From: Dehalococcoidia bacterium | Lineage (GTDB): Bacteria > Chloroflexota > Dehalococcoidia > Lucifugimonadales > QGNO01 | Assembly: GCA_965248955.1 (NCBI GenBank) | Contig: OZ252212.1 | Coordinates: forward strand, 1,536,482-1,600,481 | DNA length: 64,000 nt | Direction of reading: 5' to 3' | In this document: positions 19,421 through 28,864 of the stretch, piece by piece | How positions within the stretch are numbered: the stretch's first letter is position 1 | Layout: the number at the start of each line of letters is the position of its first letter | Program-made: the position numbers and the translations under genes | The notes under the pieces: generated by a model | What the model was told of the DNA's origin: nothing | Database searches by the model: none | Seen by the model: the letters and a program-made list of their open reading frames with translations, nothing else

Positions 19421-20095
19421 ATGATTGAATCGGACATGTATCTTCCCGTGAAGCGGTTCCTAGAGTCGCAGGGCTACCAGGTTAAGGGGGAGGTGGGGAA
19501 CTGTGACGTGGTCGCCGTGCGCAACGGTGAGGAGCCTATCGTTGTAGAATTGAAGCTGTCGCTGAACCTGGAACTGTTGCTGCAGGCAGTGGAAAGGCTT
19601 GCTGCTACATCTAAAGTATACGTGGGTATACCGGTGGGGAGCCACTTTCTGAGGAGGCGGGGGCGGCAGACGATGAAGCTGCTTAGGATGCTGGGACTGG
19701 GCCTGCTGACTATAGATCCGGCAGCCGAGATGAACAGCGTTGTTGCCATCCTCGATTCCGGAGAGTACCGGCCACGGCGATCCAGAGTACGGCGTGGCCG
19801 GCTGCTGGGCGAGTTCGCGAGGCGGGTTGGCGACCCGAATCTGGGAGGTACATCGGTACGGCACGGGATAATGACGGCGTACCGCCAGCGGGCGCTTAAG
19901 ATAGCGGTGTTCCTGCAGAGCAACGGTCCGACGAAGGCGTCTGTCATTGCCAGGGCAATAGGAGACCCGAAGGCCAGAGCTATCCTGTATCGAGACGTGT
20001 ACGGCTGGTTCGACAGGCCGTCTAACGGGGTGTACGCCCTGTCACCGCGAGGAGCAAAGGAGATCACCCTTTGGTCGGCTGCTGAAGGAGCATAG
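19421..20095 (+). CDS. DUF2161-family putative PD-(D/E)XK nuclease-fold protein
   Basis: ESDMYLPVKRFLE..GY.VKGEV..CDVVA..VELK, GDPNLGG, MTAYRQRAL and VYGWF motifs. SD GGAG. Confidence 0.8.
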   Translation: MIESDMYLPVKRFLESQGYQVKGEVGNCDVVAVRNGEEPIVVELKLSLNLELLLQAVERLAATSKVYVGIPVGSHFLRRRGRQTMKLLRMLGLGLLTIDPAAEMNSVVAILDSGEYRPRRSRVRRGRLLGEFARRVGDPNLGGTSVRHGIMTAYRQRALKIAVFLQSNGPTKASVIARAIGDPKARAILYRDVYGWFDRPSNGVYALSPRGAKEITLWSAAEGA

Positions 20096-20143
20096 AGGCA
20101 CACAGTGCTGTTATGGCGAAAGTGACGCTGCCTGAAGCCTCTC

Positions 20144-20935
20144 TTAGGGTGGCTCTCTCCGTTTCTTCACTGCGAAGCGCAGACCGGACCAGGTCTCATC
20201 TATAGAGGCTATTTTGTAGTCTACCAGGCCGGCGTCCATGCCTATCCTGCGTACGATCACCTGGCTGAGCTCCGTTTGCATATTTGAGGCCTTCTTGGGC
20301 CAGACGACCCATAGCCCGTCTTTCCCAATGGAGCGGCGCATGGAATGGATGTGGTCTTGCAGGTGTTCGCTGGAAGTGACGAACCAGAGGGTCAGATCGC
20401 TAGGGGCGTTCTTGTTCCGTTGCAGCAGAACTCCTTCCGGTAAGTTGCCTAGCTTGGCTTCAAACCGTTGAGGAGCGTCGACAAGGGATACGCGAGAACC
20501 GTCTTTGATGCCCAGCTTTTTGAAGAGTGGAGTACCCGCATAAGCATCGAAGACAGTCCGGGGCCGCACCGGATCAGTAGGGGGAGAGTCGATGGCTTCT
20601 TGAATGGCGGCGCCTATGCCTTGCCACGCGATGAACTTTGCGTCGGGGAGAAGCTCTTTGATTCGTGCTGCCTTGTCGGGCTGGCCGTCTACAAAGATGA
20701 TGGGTACGGCGCGGGTGCTCTTGTACTGCCGCAAGGCCATCGCCACCTCGCGGCCATGCGAGGGCAGGCGGGACAGGTCTATCACAACGGCAGCCGGCGG
20801 GTTGTTCCTGAGGTGGCGCAGGGAGCCGGAGGTGAAGGGTGAGGCGTCTACCCGGTAACCGGCGGCTTCTATGAGTTGTGCGCGCTCCGCCGCCTCATCC
20901 CGGTTCCAGTGAATGAGACAAACAAGGCTGTCCAC
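20144..20935 (-). CDS. receiver-like domain fused to a DUF3052-like domain
   Basis: N-terminal VVIDL...PIIFV receiver-like fold. C-terminal GTPLFKKLGIK...WVVWPKKAS...GLVDYK...DETWSGLRF. Confidence 0.65.
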   Translation of the reverse strand: MDSLVCLIHWNRDEAAERAQLIEAAGYRVDASPFTSGSLRHLRNNPPAAVVIDLSRLPSHGREVAMALRQYKSTRAVPIIFVDGQPDKAARIKELLPDAKFIAWQGIGAAIQEAIDSPPTDPVRPRTVFDAYAGTPLFKKLGIKDGSRVSLVDAPQRFEAKLGNLPEGVLLQRNKNAPSDLTLWFVTSSEHLQDHIHSMRRSIGKDGLWVVWPKKASNMQTELSQVIVRRIGMDAGLVDYKIASIDETWSGLRFAVKKRREPP

Positions 20936-20937
20936 GT

Positions 20938-22020
20938 CTACCCCTTGTCCAGAAGCAGTGCCTGGCAGAAGCGGGCGGTGTCGGTCAGGTCGGCGATGGG
21001 CACGTACTCCCTCACGGTATGCATCTCCCGGGTGGACATGCCGACGACAACGCAGCTTATGCCGTGCTTGTTGAACACGTTGCCGTCCGTGCCGCCACCG
21101 GAGGGGGCAACCTCCGGCACTTTGCCCAGACCTTCAAGGATGCGCGACACCTTCAGGAGCATGGGGTCGTCCATACCCAGCCTGTACATTTCGTACTCTA
21201 CGTTCATGGTCTCTTCTATGACGGCCTCTGGATATTTACCACGCGCCTGTTCCAGGACGTCACTGATCTCACGACGGAGCAACTCCAGGGACTCGATGTT
21301 GCGGCTGCGGAACTCGCCGGTGAAGGAGGCTTCTTCGGGAACGGCGTTGCGCACGGAACCGCCGGAGACAACACCGACGTTGATGGTGGTCTCGTCGTCG
21401 ATGCGGCCTTGGCGCAGGCCGGTGATAATTTCGGCGGCGATGCGGATTGCGGAGAGGCCCTTCTCAGGCTCAACGCCGGCGTGTGCGGCGCGGCCTGTGA
21501 CGTTCACGGTGAAACTGACGTAGGTGGAGCTGGCGCTGGTCACCTTGCTGGGCGGGCCGTTGCCGTCGAAGACTACGCCGCGTTTGGCCTTGACCAGCGA
21601 TACGTCAAGATTGCGAGCGCCAAGCAGGCCGAGCTCTTCTTCGCGGGTGAAGACAAGCTGTACGGGCACCCGGTCTGCACAGTCCTCTTGGAGCGACTCC
21701 AATGCCTCCAGTATGGCGGCGACACCGGCCTTGCAATCGCCACCTAGGATGGTGGTGCCGTCGGAGACGATGCGGTCGTCCAGGACCTGCGGCTTTATGC
21801 CGCGGCCCGGCTCGACGGTGTCCATGTGCGCCGATAGCATCAACGGTTCGTCGCCCTGCTCGGAGGCTATCAGATTGCCGTAAGAGTCTCGCTCTACGCT
21901 GAAGCCCAGGCCGCTGAGACGCTCCGTGAGGTGTTGGGCTACTTCTTCCTCTTCTCCGGATGGGCTGTCTATCTGTACAAGGTCGCAGAACGTGTTTAAC
22001 AAGCGGTCTTGCTTTATCAT
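20938..22020 (-). CDS. M20 family metallopeptidase (peptidase T-like)
   Basis: AHMDTV, LGGDCKAG, EEELG, GRAAHAG, GGGTDGN and MHT motifs. Start moved to the ATG at 22020 that has an SD. Confidence 0.9.
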   Translation of the reverse strand: MIKQDRLLNTFCDLVQIDSPSGEEEEVAQHLTERLSGLGFSVERDSYGNLIASEQGDEPLMLSAHMDTVEPGRGIKPQVLDDRIVSDGTTILGGDCKAGVAAILEALESLQEDCADRVPVQLVFTREEELGLLGARNLDVSLVKAKRGVVFDGNGPPSKVTSASSTYVSFTVNVTGRAAHAGVEPEKGLSAIRIAAEIITGLRQGRIDDETTINVGVVSGGSVRNAVPEEASFTGEFRSRNIESLELLRREISDVLEQARGKYPEAVIEETMNVEYEMYRLGMDDPMLLKVSRILEGLGKVPEVAPSGGGTDGNVFNKHGISCVVVGMSTREMHTVREYVPIADLTDTARFCQALLLDKG

Positions 22021-22188
22021 GATTGTCCTCGCTGGTTGGTTGGGAAGATTATAATGGAAGTCAGGCGGCAATGGGGAGGGATTCCCCGGTGAGCGAGGCC
22101 GGAGGCTACCAGTACTTTACAGCTAGCGCTAATATAATAAGGCGCAAGTTAGATATCCGCTTCAGGAGCTGCGGAGCAGAGGGAGGCT

Positions 22189-22863
22189 ATGCCGGCATAC
22201 TATCCAGTTTACCTAGACTTGAACGGACGCTCCTGCGTGGTGGTGGGCGGGGCAGGGGAAGCTGAGCGCAAAGTGCAGGGGCTCTTGGAGCACGGTGCGC
22301 GGGTGACCCTGATAAGTCCCGAGGTCACCGTTGTGCTTCAAGACCTGGCCGGACGCGGCCTCGTGGAGTGGAAGTCCCGGGAATACAGGCAAGGCGACCT
22401 GGAAGGGGCGTTCCTGGTTGTATCGGAGAACCTCAACGAGGATGAGTACACGAGGGTTGCCCAAGAGGCCCATAGCCGTGGCATCTTGCTCAACGTGGTA
22501 GATAGGCCTCAACTGTGCAGCTTCATAGCTCCCGCGGTGGCTAGAAGGGGGCAGCACGGTGAAGTGCAGTGCGCCATCTCAACCGCAGGCCTCAGTCCGG
22601 CGCTGGCTCGCCGGCTCAGAGAGAGGATGTCCGATCCTGAACTCTGCCTGTGCCTGCAGTGGGCGGATATGGTGGGCGTTCTCTCCGACGTGCGGGCTGA
22701 AGTGCGGGCAAAGGGCCTACGGCCGGACCCCGACCGCTGGCAGGAGTGCATGGATGATGAGCTCCTGGCTATGTTTCAGAGCGGGCAGGCAGCGCAAGCA
22801 AGAGAGAGGCTGCTGAGGATGCTGGAGGAAGAGCCTCGCGCATCCCAAGGAGTGGGAGATTGA
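22189..22863 (+). CDS. precorrin-2 dehydrogenase/sirohydrochlorin ferrochelatase (SirC/CysG N-terminal type)
   Basis: YYPVYLDL, VVVGG, NVVDRPQLCSFIAPA and AISTAGLSPALARRLR motifs. Confidence 0.88.
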   Translation: MPAYYPVYLDLNGRSCVVVGGAGEAERKVQGLLEHGARVTLISPEVTVVLQDLAGRGLVEWKSREYRQGDLEGAFLVVSENLNEDEYTRVAQEAHSRGILLNVVDRPQLCSFIAPAVARRGQHGEVQCAISTAGLSPALARRLRERMSDPELCLCLQWADMVGVLSDVRAEVRAKGLRPDPDRWQECMDDELLAMFQSGQAAQARERLLRMLEEEPRASQGVGD

Positions 22864-22884
22864 AGATAGATCAGAGTAGCAACC

Positions 22885-23823
22885 TTGAGTAGTAGATCTG
22901 GTCCCGTAATTGCAGGCTCACGAGCCAGTGAACTGGCCCTGAAGCAGACGGAAGAGGTCTTGGAACTGCTGCGGGCCGCAGCCCCCAATAGACCCTTGGA
23001 AATCCGCACTATCTCCACCGGCGGCGATCTGGATGACCGGACACCCGTGCCTCAGATCGGCGTTGGCGTATTCGTCAAAGAGTTGGAGGCTGCCCTGCTG
23101 CGACAAGAGATAGACCTGGCGGTACACAGCTTGAAGGACTTGCCATCCACAATTAGCCATGGCCTACGCATAGGAGCGGTCATACGCCGTGAAGACACGC
23201 GTGACGCGTTGGTGAACAGATGGCGCCTTCCCCTGGCGGAGCTGCCCCAGGGCGCCCGTATAGGTACCGGGAGCCCGCGCCGATCCGCCCAGTTGCTTGC
23301 CATCCGCCCGGATATTCAAGTCCTGCCCATGCGGGGCAACGTCCCCAGCCGCCTTCAAAAGGCATCCGGCCAGGAATACGACGGTGCGGTACTGGCAATG
23401 GCAGGCTTGCTCAGGCTACGAAGAGAGGACGAGGCCGCTCAGGTGTTCGAGCCGGAACAGTTCTTGCCCGCTCCTGGGCAGGGAGCGCTGGCGGTCCAGA
23501 TAAGGTCTGACGATGAGGCGATGCGGCAACTGGTGGAGCCGGTACAAGACCCAGATACGGCAATGAGTGTGAGGGCAGAGCGGACTCTATTGTCCCTTCT
23601 CGGCGCGGGATGCACCGCTCCTTTCGGCGCTTATGCGGAGATCAACGCTCAGACCCTGACCCTCAGAGCTATGCTTGCCGCCGACAATTCAGGAAAGCAA
23701 TTGTTCAGAGTCTCCGCGTCGGGAAGCGCTGAAAACCCGGAAGCCGTGGCACGCGAGGCGTATCGAGAACTCGTCTCAACCGGGGCTATCGAAGCGGTGA
23801 AATCTGCTGGTGGCTTCAGATGA
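22885..23823 (+). CDS. hemC: hydroxymethylbilane synthase
   Basis: GSRASELALKQ, GVFVKELE, AVHSLKDLP, RGNV and GC cofactor site. Confidence 0.95.
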   Translation: MSSRSGPVIAGSRASELALKQTEEVLELLRAAAPNRPLEIRTISTGGDLDDRTPVPQIGVGVFVKELEAALLRQEIDLAVHSLKDLPSTISHGLRIGAVIRREDTRDALVNRWRLPLAELPQGARIGTGSPRRSAQLLAIRPDIQVLPMRGNVPSRLQKASGQEYDGAVLAMAGLLRLRREDEAAQVFEPEQFLPAPGQGALAVQIRSDDEAMRQLVEPVQDPDTAMSVRAERTLLSLLGAGCTAPFGAYAEINAQTLTLRAMLAADNSGKQLFRVSASGSAENPEAVAREAYRELVSTGAIEAVKSAGGFR

Positions 23824-25358
23824 AGGCTGCACGGCCGGGCACCGTATATCTAGTGGGAGCGGGCCCGGGAGACCCTGGTCTGCTTACACTGCGCGGGCTG
23901 GAACTCCTGCGCAGTGCGGACGCCGTGCTCTACGATCGCCTGGTTGATCAGCGTATCCTCAGTTTTACATCTGACAGGACAGAGGTAATCTTCGTGGGGA
24001 AATGGCCGAACGGCGAGTCCAATGCTCAGGAAGGAATCACTGCCGAGGTGGTGCGCCGCGCCAGGTTGGGGCAAACCGTGGTACGGCTCAAAGGCGGAGA
24101 CCCCTTTGTCTTCGGACGCGGTGGCGAGGAGGCGCAGGCATTGGCCGGCGCGGGCATACCCTTTGAAGTAGTGCCGGGGATAACCTCCGCCATCGCGGTG
24201 CCGGCTTACGCCGGCATCCCCGTTACCCATAGAGAGGTGGCCTCCTCTTTTACCGTGGTCAGCGGCAGCGAAGACCCCGGCAAGGAAGAGTCCCTCGTAG
24301 ACTGGAAAGCGTTGGCGGCGAGTGGTGGTACCCTGGTGCTCCTCATGGGCTGGGAAAGCCTGGGCAGAATCGGCAGGACGTTGAAGGAAAACGGCATGCC
24401 TGCGGATACTCCCGCCGCCTTGATCCAGTGGGGTACCCGGCCCGGTCAACGTGTCGTGGAAGGGACGTTGGACACCGTGCTGGACCTTGGTAGGGAGGCT
24501 GGATTGGAGCCTCCTATAGTGGCCGTATTCGGCCCCGCGGTAGCTTTGCGTTCGGAGATCCGCTGGTTCGACAACAGGCCGTTGTCGGGAAAACGGATAA
24601 TGGTCACCAGAGCGCGGACACAGATCAGCGCCACGGCCGACCTGCTCAGCAGGGAAGGCGCCGAGGTCATAGAGCTGCCCAGCATCAAGATTGTCCCCCC
24701 CGATGACGCCACCCCTCTGAAGCGTGCCGCGCAGGGCTTGGCAAGCTATAAGTGGGTCGTCTTCACCAGTGTCAACGGAGTTGAAGCCTTCTGGGAAGCC
24801 CTCAGAGAGATTGGCCTGGACTCGCGTGCCTTCGCTGGGGTCAAGGTCGCCGCCATTGGTCCGGCCACTGCGGAGTCGCTGGCCCGGCGTGGCATCCACG
24901 CCGACCGCATGCCTTCGGAATATATTTCGGAGTCTGTGGTGGAGTCGTTGCAGGAGCACATAGAGCCGGGTGACCGCGTCTTGCTGCCCAGGGCTGCGGA
25001 AGGACGCAATGCCTTAGTGGAGGGACTGCAAAAGCTCGGCGCGGAAGTGGAGCACGTCGTCACTTACAAGACCCTTGCCTCTGAGGAGTCCAAACAAGAA
25101 GCGCTTGCCCTGTTGAAGCAAGGGGCTGTGGACGCCGTTACCTTTACCAGCTCCTCCACGGTGTTGAGTTTGGTCTCCATCCTGGGCGGAGACATCTCAC
25201 TATTGCAACAGCCTGCTATAGCCTGCATAGGACCCGTTACCGCGGCAACCGCCGCCGGACTGGGTTTGAAGGTCGCCGTCCAGGCCAGGGAGTACACTAT
25301 AGCCGGTTTGGTGGAAGCCCTAAAAGAGCACTTTTTAAGTCAGGTCCAGTCCGGGTAG
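23820..25358 (+). CDS. cobA: uroporphyrinogen-III C-methyltransferase / uroporphyrinogen-III synthase fusion (CobA-HemD)
   Basis: VGAGPGDPGLLT and RLKGGDPFVFGRGGEE, then HemD motifs FTSVNGV, AIGPAT and FTSSSTV. Confidence 0.93.
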   Translation: MKAARPGTVYLVGAGPGDPGLLTLRGLELLRSADAVLYDRLVDQRILSFTSDRTEVIFVGKWPNGESNAQEGITAEVVRRARLGQTVVRLKGGDPFVFGRGGEEAQALAGAGIPFEVVPGITSAIAVPAYAGIPVTHREVASSFTVVSGSEDPGKEESLVDWKALAASGGTLVLLMGWESLGRIGRTLKENGMPADTPAALIQWGTRPGQRVVEGTLDTVLDLGREAGLEPPIVAVFGPAVALRSEIRWFDNRPLSGKRIMVTRARTQISATADLLSREGAEVIELPSIKIVPPDDATPLKRAAQGLASYKWVVFTSVNGVEAFWEALREIGLDSRAFAGVKVAAIGPATAESLARRGIHADRMPSEYISESVVESLQEHIEPGDRVLLPRAAEGRNALVEGLQKLGAEVEHVVTYKTLASEESKQEALALLKQGAVDAVTFTSSSTVLSLVSILGGDISLLQQPAIACIGPVTAATAAGLGLKVAVQAREYTIAGLVEALKEHFLSQVQSG

Positions 25359-25372
25359 AAGGGAGGAGAAGT

Positions 25373-26359
25373 ATGGCTGTGTTCCCACAGCTCAGGCTAA
25401 GAAGGCTGCGAAGAAACGAGACCGTTCGTGAAATGGTCAGAGAGACATCTCTGGCGCCGTCGGATTTGATATATCCGCTCTTCGTCTGCCACGGGCGTGA
25501 AGTGAAGGTCCCCATAGAGTCTATGCCGGGTTGCTACCAGCTTTCGCTGGATCAGCTGCTGACGGAAGTCACGGAAATAGCGGACATGGGCATATCAGGC
25601 GTAATGCTGTTCGGGATACCCGCTTCCAAGGATGAAGCGGGCACGGAGGCATACGACCCGCAGGGAATTGTGCAGGAAGCGGTGAAGATGATCAAGCAGA
25701 CGGCGCCGCAGCTCTTTGTGATCACGGACGTTTGCCTTTGCGAGTACACGGATCACGGACATTGCGGCATCATAGGCGGCGATGGGACGGTAGACAACGA
25801 CAAGACCCTGGACCTGCTGGCGAGCGCAGCTCTTTCCCACGCGGATGCTGGTGCGGACATGGTGGCTCCTTCCGCCATGATGGACGGCCAGGTCAAGGCT
25901 ATCCGGACCGCATTAGATCAAAGCGGCCATTCAGAGATACCAATCCTGGCCTACGCGTCCAAGTTCGCCTCTGCCTTCTACGGCCCCTTCCGGGAAGCGG
26001 CTGGCTCCGCGCCGCAGTTTGGAGACAGGCGGGGTTACCAGATGGACCCGGCAAACGCCCGCATGGCGCTGCGAGAAATAGAGCAGGACATCAGTGAAGG
26101 CGCTGACATGGTTATGGTGAAGCCCGCTCTGGCTTACCTGGATGTGCTGAATAGAGCCAGGGGACGGTTCCAGCATCCGCTGGCGGCATACAACGTCAGC
26201 GGCGAGTACGCCATGGTCAAAGCGGCTTCCGCCGCCGGCTGGCTGGATGAAAAGCGGATCACCCTGGAGATCCTAACCTCTATCAAGCGCGCCGGCGCGG
26301 ACGTTATTCTGACATATCACGCCAAGGATGCCTCGCGGTGGCTGAGAGGGCAAGAATAG
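25373..26359 (+). CDS. hemB: porphobilinogen synthase
   Basis: RLRRLR, DVCLCEYTDHGHCG, FYGPFREA, MVKP and AYNVSGEY motifs. Confidence 0.97.
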   Translation: MAVFPQLRLRRLRRNETVREMVRETSLAPSDLIYPLFVCHGREVKVPIESMPGCYQLSLDQLLTEVTEIADMGISGVMLFGIPASKDEAGTEAYDPQGIVQEAVKMIKQTAPQLFVITDVCLCEYTDHGHCGIIGGDGTVDNDKTLDLLASAALSHADAGADMVAPSAMMDGQVKAIRTALDQSGHSEIPILAYASKFASAFYGPFREAAGSAPQFGDRRGYQMDPANARMALREIEQDISEGADMVMVKPALAYLDVLNRARGRFQHPLAAYNVSGEYAMVKAASAAGWLDEKRITLEILTSIKRAGADVILTYHAKDASRWLRGQE

Positions 26360-26394
26360 CCCCATGGATTCTGTACCGCTGAGTGGCTTGCCGC

Positions 26395-26913
26395 TCAGCT
26401 AGGGTAGACCAGTTCGCCGCCGGCCGCACCCTGGCGCGAAGGTTGCCTTACCGGCGCGGCGCCCTTGGTCTTCCAGAAAATCTCAGCTATATCCTGAGTG
26501 GTGGAGAGCAGGTCCTGAGCGGCTTGCATGTCCTGGTTCTGCCGTACTTTGGAGGCGGCCTTCATGGCGTTAAAGAACTTTCCGTGAAGGTCGGGGTGTT
26601 CCTCGACATGTTCGGGACGGAAATAGTCCCCCCAGAGGATCCTCAGCTCCTTCTTGCAAAGCTCGGCATGCTCCTCTTTGACAGTGGTGTAGCGGCTGAC
26701 GGCGTGGGCGTAGGCGCTGTGGTCCTGGGCGGAGGCATCTGCCCCGGGGGCTTCCAGGGCCTCTATGAGCTGGTTCATGCGGACCGTGGTCAATGCGGCT
26801 ATCTGGGCCACATGAGGGTCGTATATTCCGCACGGAATATCGCAGTGAGCATAGGCTGTTTTGGTAGAAGCTATCTTTCGAAGCATGGTAGACAGACCGA
26901 AAAATGAGAACAT
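26395..26913 (-). CDS. sodN: nickel superoxide dismutase precursor
   Basis: Ni-hook HCDIPCGIYDP after a 22-aa prosequence ending AYA. KEEHAE and LWGDYF motifs. Confidence 0.93.
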   Translation of the reverse strand: MFSFFGLSTMLRKIASTKTAYAHCDIPCGIYDPHVAQIAALTTVRMNQLIEALEAPGADASAQDHSAYAHAVSRYTTVKEEHAELCKKELRILWGDYFRPEHVEEHPDLHGKFFNAMKAASKVRQNQDMQAAQDLLSTTQDIAEIFWKTKGAAPVRQPSRQGAAGGELVYPS

Positions 26914-27022
26914 TCATCCCTCCAGATTTGTACGTTCAGCAGAGCTAGGTTATCAAGAGACGCGCCGAGCATCAAGACTCGACACGTTGCTCACCCTTGA
27001 TGCGAGGCCTAGAATTGACCAT

Positions 27023-27526
27023 ATGCCACCCCTACTCAGGTCCATCTTGCGCCTCCCCTTTCTGGGAACAGTGCTGCGCCTTCCCAGGGCGACACGTTTC
27101 TCCGTAGCAGGCGACAGTATGCAACCGGGGCTGTCCCATGGTCAGCAGATCATAGTAGACCGGTTGGCCTTTAGCTTTACGCCACCATCCAGAGGGGACG
27201 TAATAGTCCTGTTGGACCCCGGTCAGCCCGGGGTTCACTGCGTGAAACGGGTAATCGGCCTGCCGGAAGAGCACGTCAGGATCAGCAACGGCGTAGTTCT
27301 CATCGATGACCGCCCGCTCCACGAGCCGTATCTTGCCAAACCCGCTCCTACGGACATGCCGTCACCCGGTCAGTGGCTGCTGGGGAACGAGGAGTACCTG
27401 GTGCTTGGCGACTTCAGGCAAGACAGCCGCGACAGCCGTTCATTCGGTCCTATAGGCGCCTCTCACATCGTGGGCAAGGCTTGGATAAGATACTGGCCAC
27501 TGAAGGCCGGCCCTAGTATCAAATAG
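27023..27526 (+). CDS. S26 family peptidase, probable NiSOD maturation protease (SodX-like) or signal peptidase I
   Basis: GDSMQP Ser motif, VKRVIG Lys motif, GD...SRDSRSFG. Divergent from sodN. Confidence 0.8.
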   Translation: MPPLLRSILRLPFLGTVLRLPRATRFSVAGDSMQPGLSHGQQIIVDRLAFSFTPPSRGDVIVLLDPGQPGVHCVKRVIGLPEEHVRISNGVVLIDDRPLHEPYLAKPAPTDMPSPGQWLLGNEEYLVLGDFRQDSRDSRSFGPIGASHIVGKAWIRYWPLKAGPSIK

Positions 27527-27554
27527 CATCTACCTACGGATTTATGGCAAGTCC

Positions 27555-27583
27555 TTGACAGCTTGATGAAACCGGCCAATAAT
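27555..27583 (+). promoter_or_regulatory. promoter TTGACA-N17-AATAAT of the aro leader
   Basis: Hexamers at 27555-60 and 27578-83. Confidence 0.6.
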
Positions 27584-27593
27584 AAGAGCCGGC

Positions 27594-27671
27594 ATGAACA
27601 GGTCAATAGCATACCTTTCCTACTATTTTGAGTTTACGTATAAAGCCCGGACGGGGAGGGTAGCTGTTTAA
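27594..27671 (+). CDS. Tyr/Phe-rich attenuator leader peptide MNRSIAYLSYYFEFTYKARTGRVAV
   Basis: 25 codons translated by hand, with 4 Tyr and 2 Phe clustered. Lies between the promoter and a terminator upstream of DAHP synthase. Confidence 0.8.
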   Translation: MNRSIAYLSYYFEFTYKARTGRVAV

Positions 27672-27690
27672 TCCGCAGCAGAGTCAAATC

Positions 27691-27717
27691 AAAAAGCCCT
27701 CCTTGCGAGGGCTTTTT
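27691..27717 (+). terminator. attenuator terminator
   Basis: AAAAAGCCCTC-cttgc-GAGGGCTTTTT. GGGAGGG at the end of the leader can pair with CCCTCC as an antiterminator. Confidence 0.85.
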
Positions 27718-27745
27718 GATTTATACAAGAAAACGAGGAATCATC

Positions 27746-28825
27746 ATGCGCCAACTGCAAAATATCAACGTCTCCAGCATACAAAGACTGCCTTCACCGG
27801 CGGAATACCTAACCCGTCTTCCCACCCCTGACTCGGTGGCACAACTGGTGGTGAAAGGAAGAGAGGAGATTGCGGCCATCCTCTCGGGAGAGGACAGCCG
27901 CTTGCTGCTCATCTCCGGCCCCTGCTCGATCCACGATACAAAGGCCGGCCTGGATTATGCCCGTAGACTCAAACAGGCTGCGGACAAATACAGCGACCGT
28001 ATGCTCATTGTAATGCGCGTCTACTTTGAAAAGCCCCGCACTACCGTTGGCTGGAAGGGCCTTATCTACGATCCTCATCTGAACGGCAGCTTCGACCTGG
28101 AACACGGGCTGTACCTGGCGCGGGAATTCCTGCTAAACGTCGCCGAGATAGGTCTGCTTTCCGCCACCGAGTTCGTGGACCCCATCACGCCCCAGTACAT
28201 AGCGGATCTGGTTTCGTGGGCTGCCATTGGCGCTCGTACCGCAGAGAGCCAGACACATCGCCAGATGGCAAGCGGTTTGAGCATGCCCGTAGGCTTCAAG
28301 AACGGTACCGGCGGCAGCATCCAACTCTCCGTTGACGGAGTGGTCGCCGCCCGCGCCCGGCACGCTTTTCTCGGAGTGGACAGCGACGGCCAGGCCTCCA
28401 TAGTGATGACGCAGGGAAATCACAACTGCCACGTAGTTCTGCGCGGCGGCACTACCGGGACAAACTACGATGCCGCCTCTGTGGCCAGGGCCACGTCTTT
28501 GCTCGAGCAGGCCGGCGTGCCCGCTAGGCTGATCGTGGACTGCTCCCACGCCAACTCCAACAAGGACTACGCGCTTGAGTCGGTTGCCTTCCAAGACGTT
28601 CTCCAGCAGCGCCTATCGGGGAATACAGGCATCGTGGGCATGATGCTGGAAAGCAATCTATTCGCCAGCAGTCAGAAGCTTGACGAAGGCGACCCTTCCA
28701 AGCTGGAGTACGGTGTCTCCATTACTGACTCTTGCATCGGCTGGGAAGAGACCGATGGTCTGTTGTCCCAGGCTTACCAGGCACTGGCCGCAGGCGACCA
28801 CCTAAAAGCTGGCACGCTGGCCTGA
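27746..28825 (+). CDS. 3-deoxy-7-phosphoheptulonate (DAHP) synthase, class I-alpha (AroF/G/H type)
   Basis: GPCSIHD, RVYFEKPRTTVGWKG, IGART.ESQ.HR, DCSHANS and SITDSCIGW motifs. Confidence 0.96.
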   Translation: MRQLQNINVSSIQRLPSPAEYLTRLPTPDSVAQLVVKGREEIAAILSGEDSRLLLISGPCSIHDTKAGLDYARRLKQAADKYSDRMLIVMRVYFEKPRTTVGWKGLIYDPHLNGSFDLEHGLYLAREFLLNVAEIGLLSATEFVDPITPQYIADLVSWAAIGARTAESQTHRQMASGLSMPVGFKNGTGGSIQLSVDGVVAARARHAFLGVDSDGQASIVMTQGNHNCHVVLRGGTTGTNYDAASVARATSLLEQAGVPARLIVDCSHANSNKDYALESVAFQDVLQQRLSGNTGIVGMMLESNLFASSQKLDEGDPSKLEYGVSITDSCIGWEETDGLLSQAYQALAAGDHLKAGTLA

Positions 28826-28864
28826 GCTAGCTGAAGGCGGACGGTGGAACCGGTCAGCCAGCAA

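Noticed and set aside
19421-20935. DUF2161 nuclease-fold gene and DUF3052 fusion as a two-gene system
   Set aside because: The genes are convergent and separately transcribed, and nothing in the sequence links them.
22189-26359. Absence of hemA/hemL from the tetrapyrrole operon
   Set aside because: These genes are often located elsewhere, so absence cannot be judged from one window.
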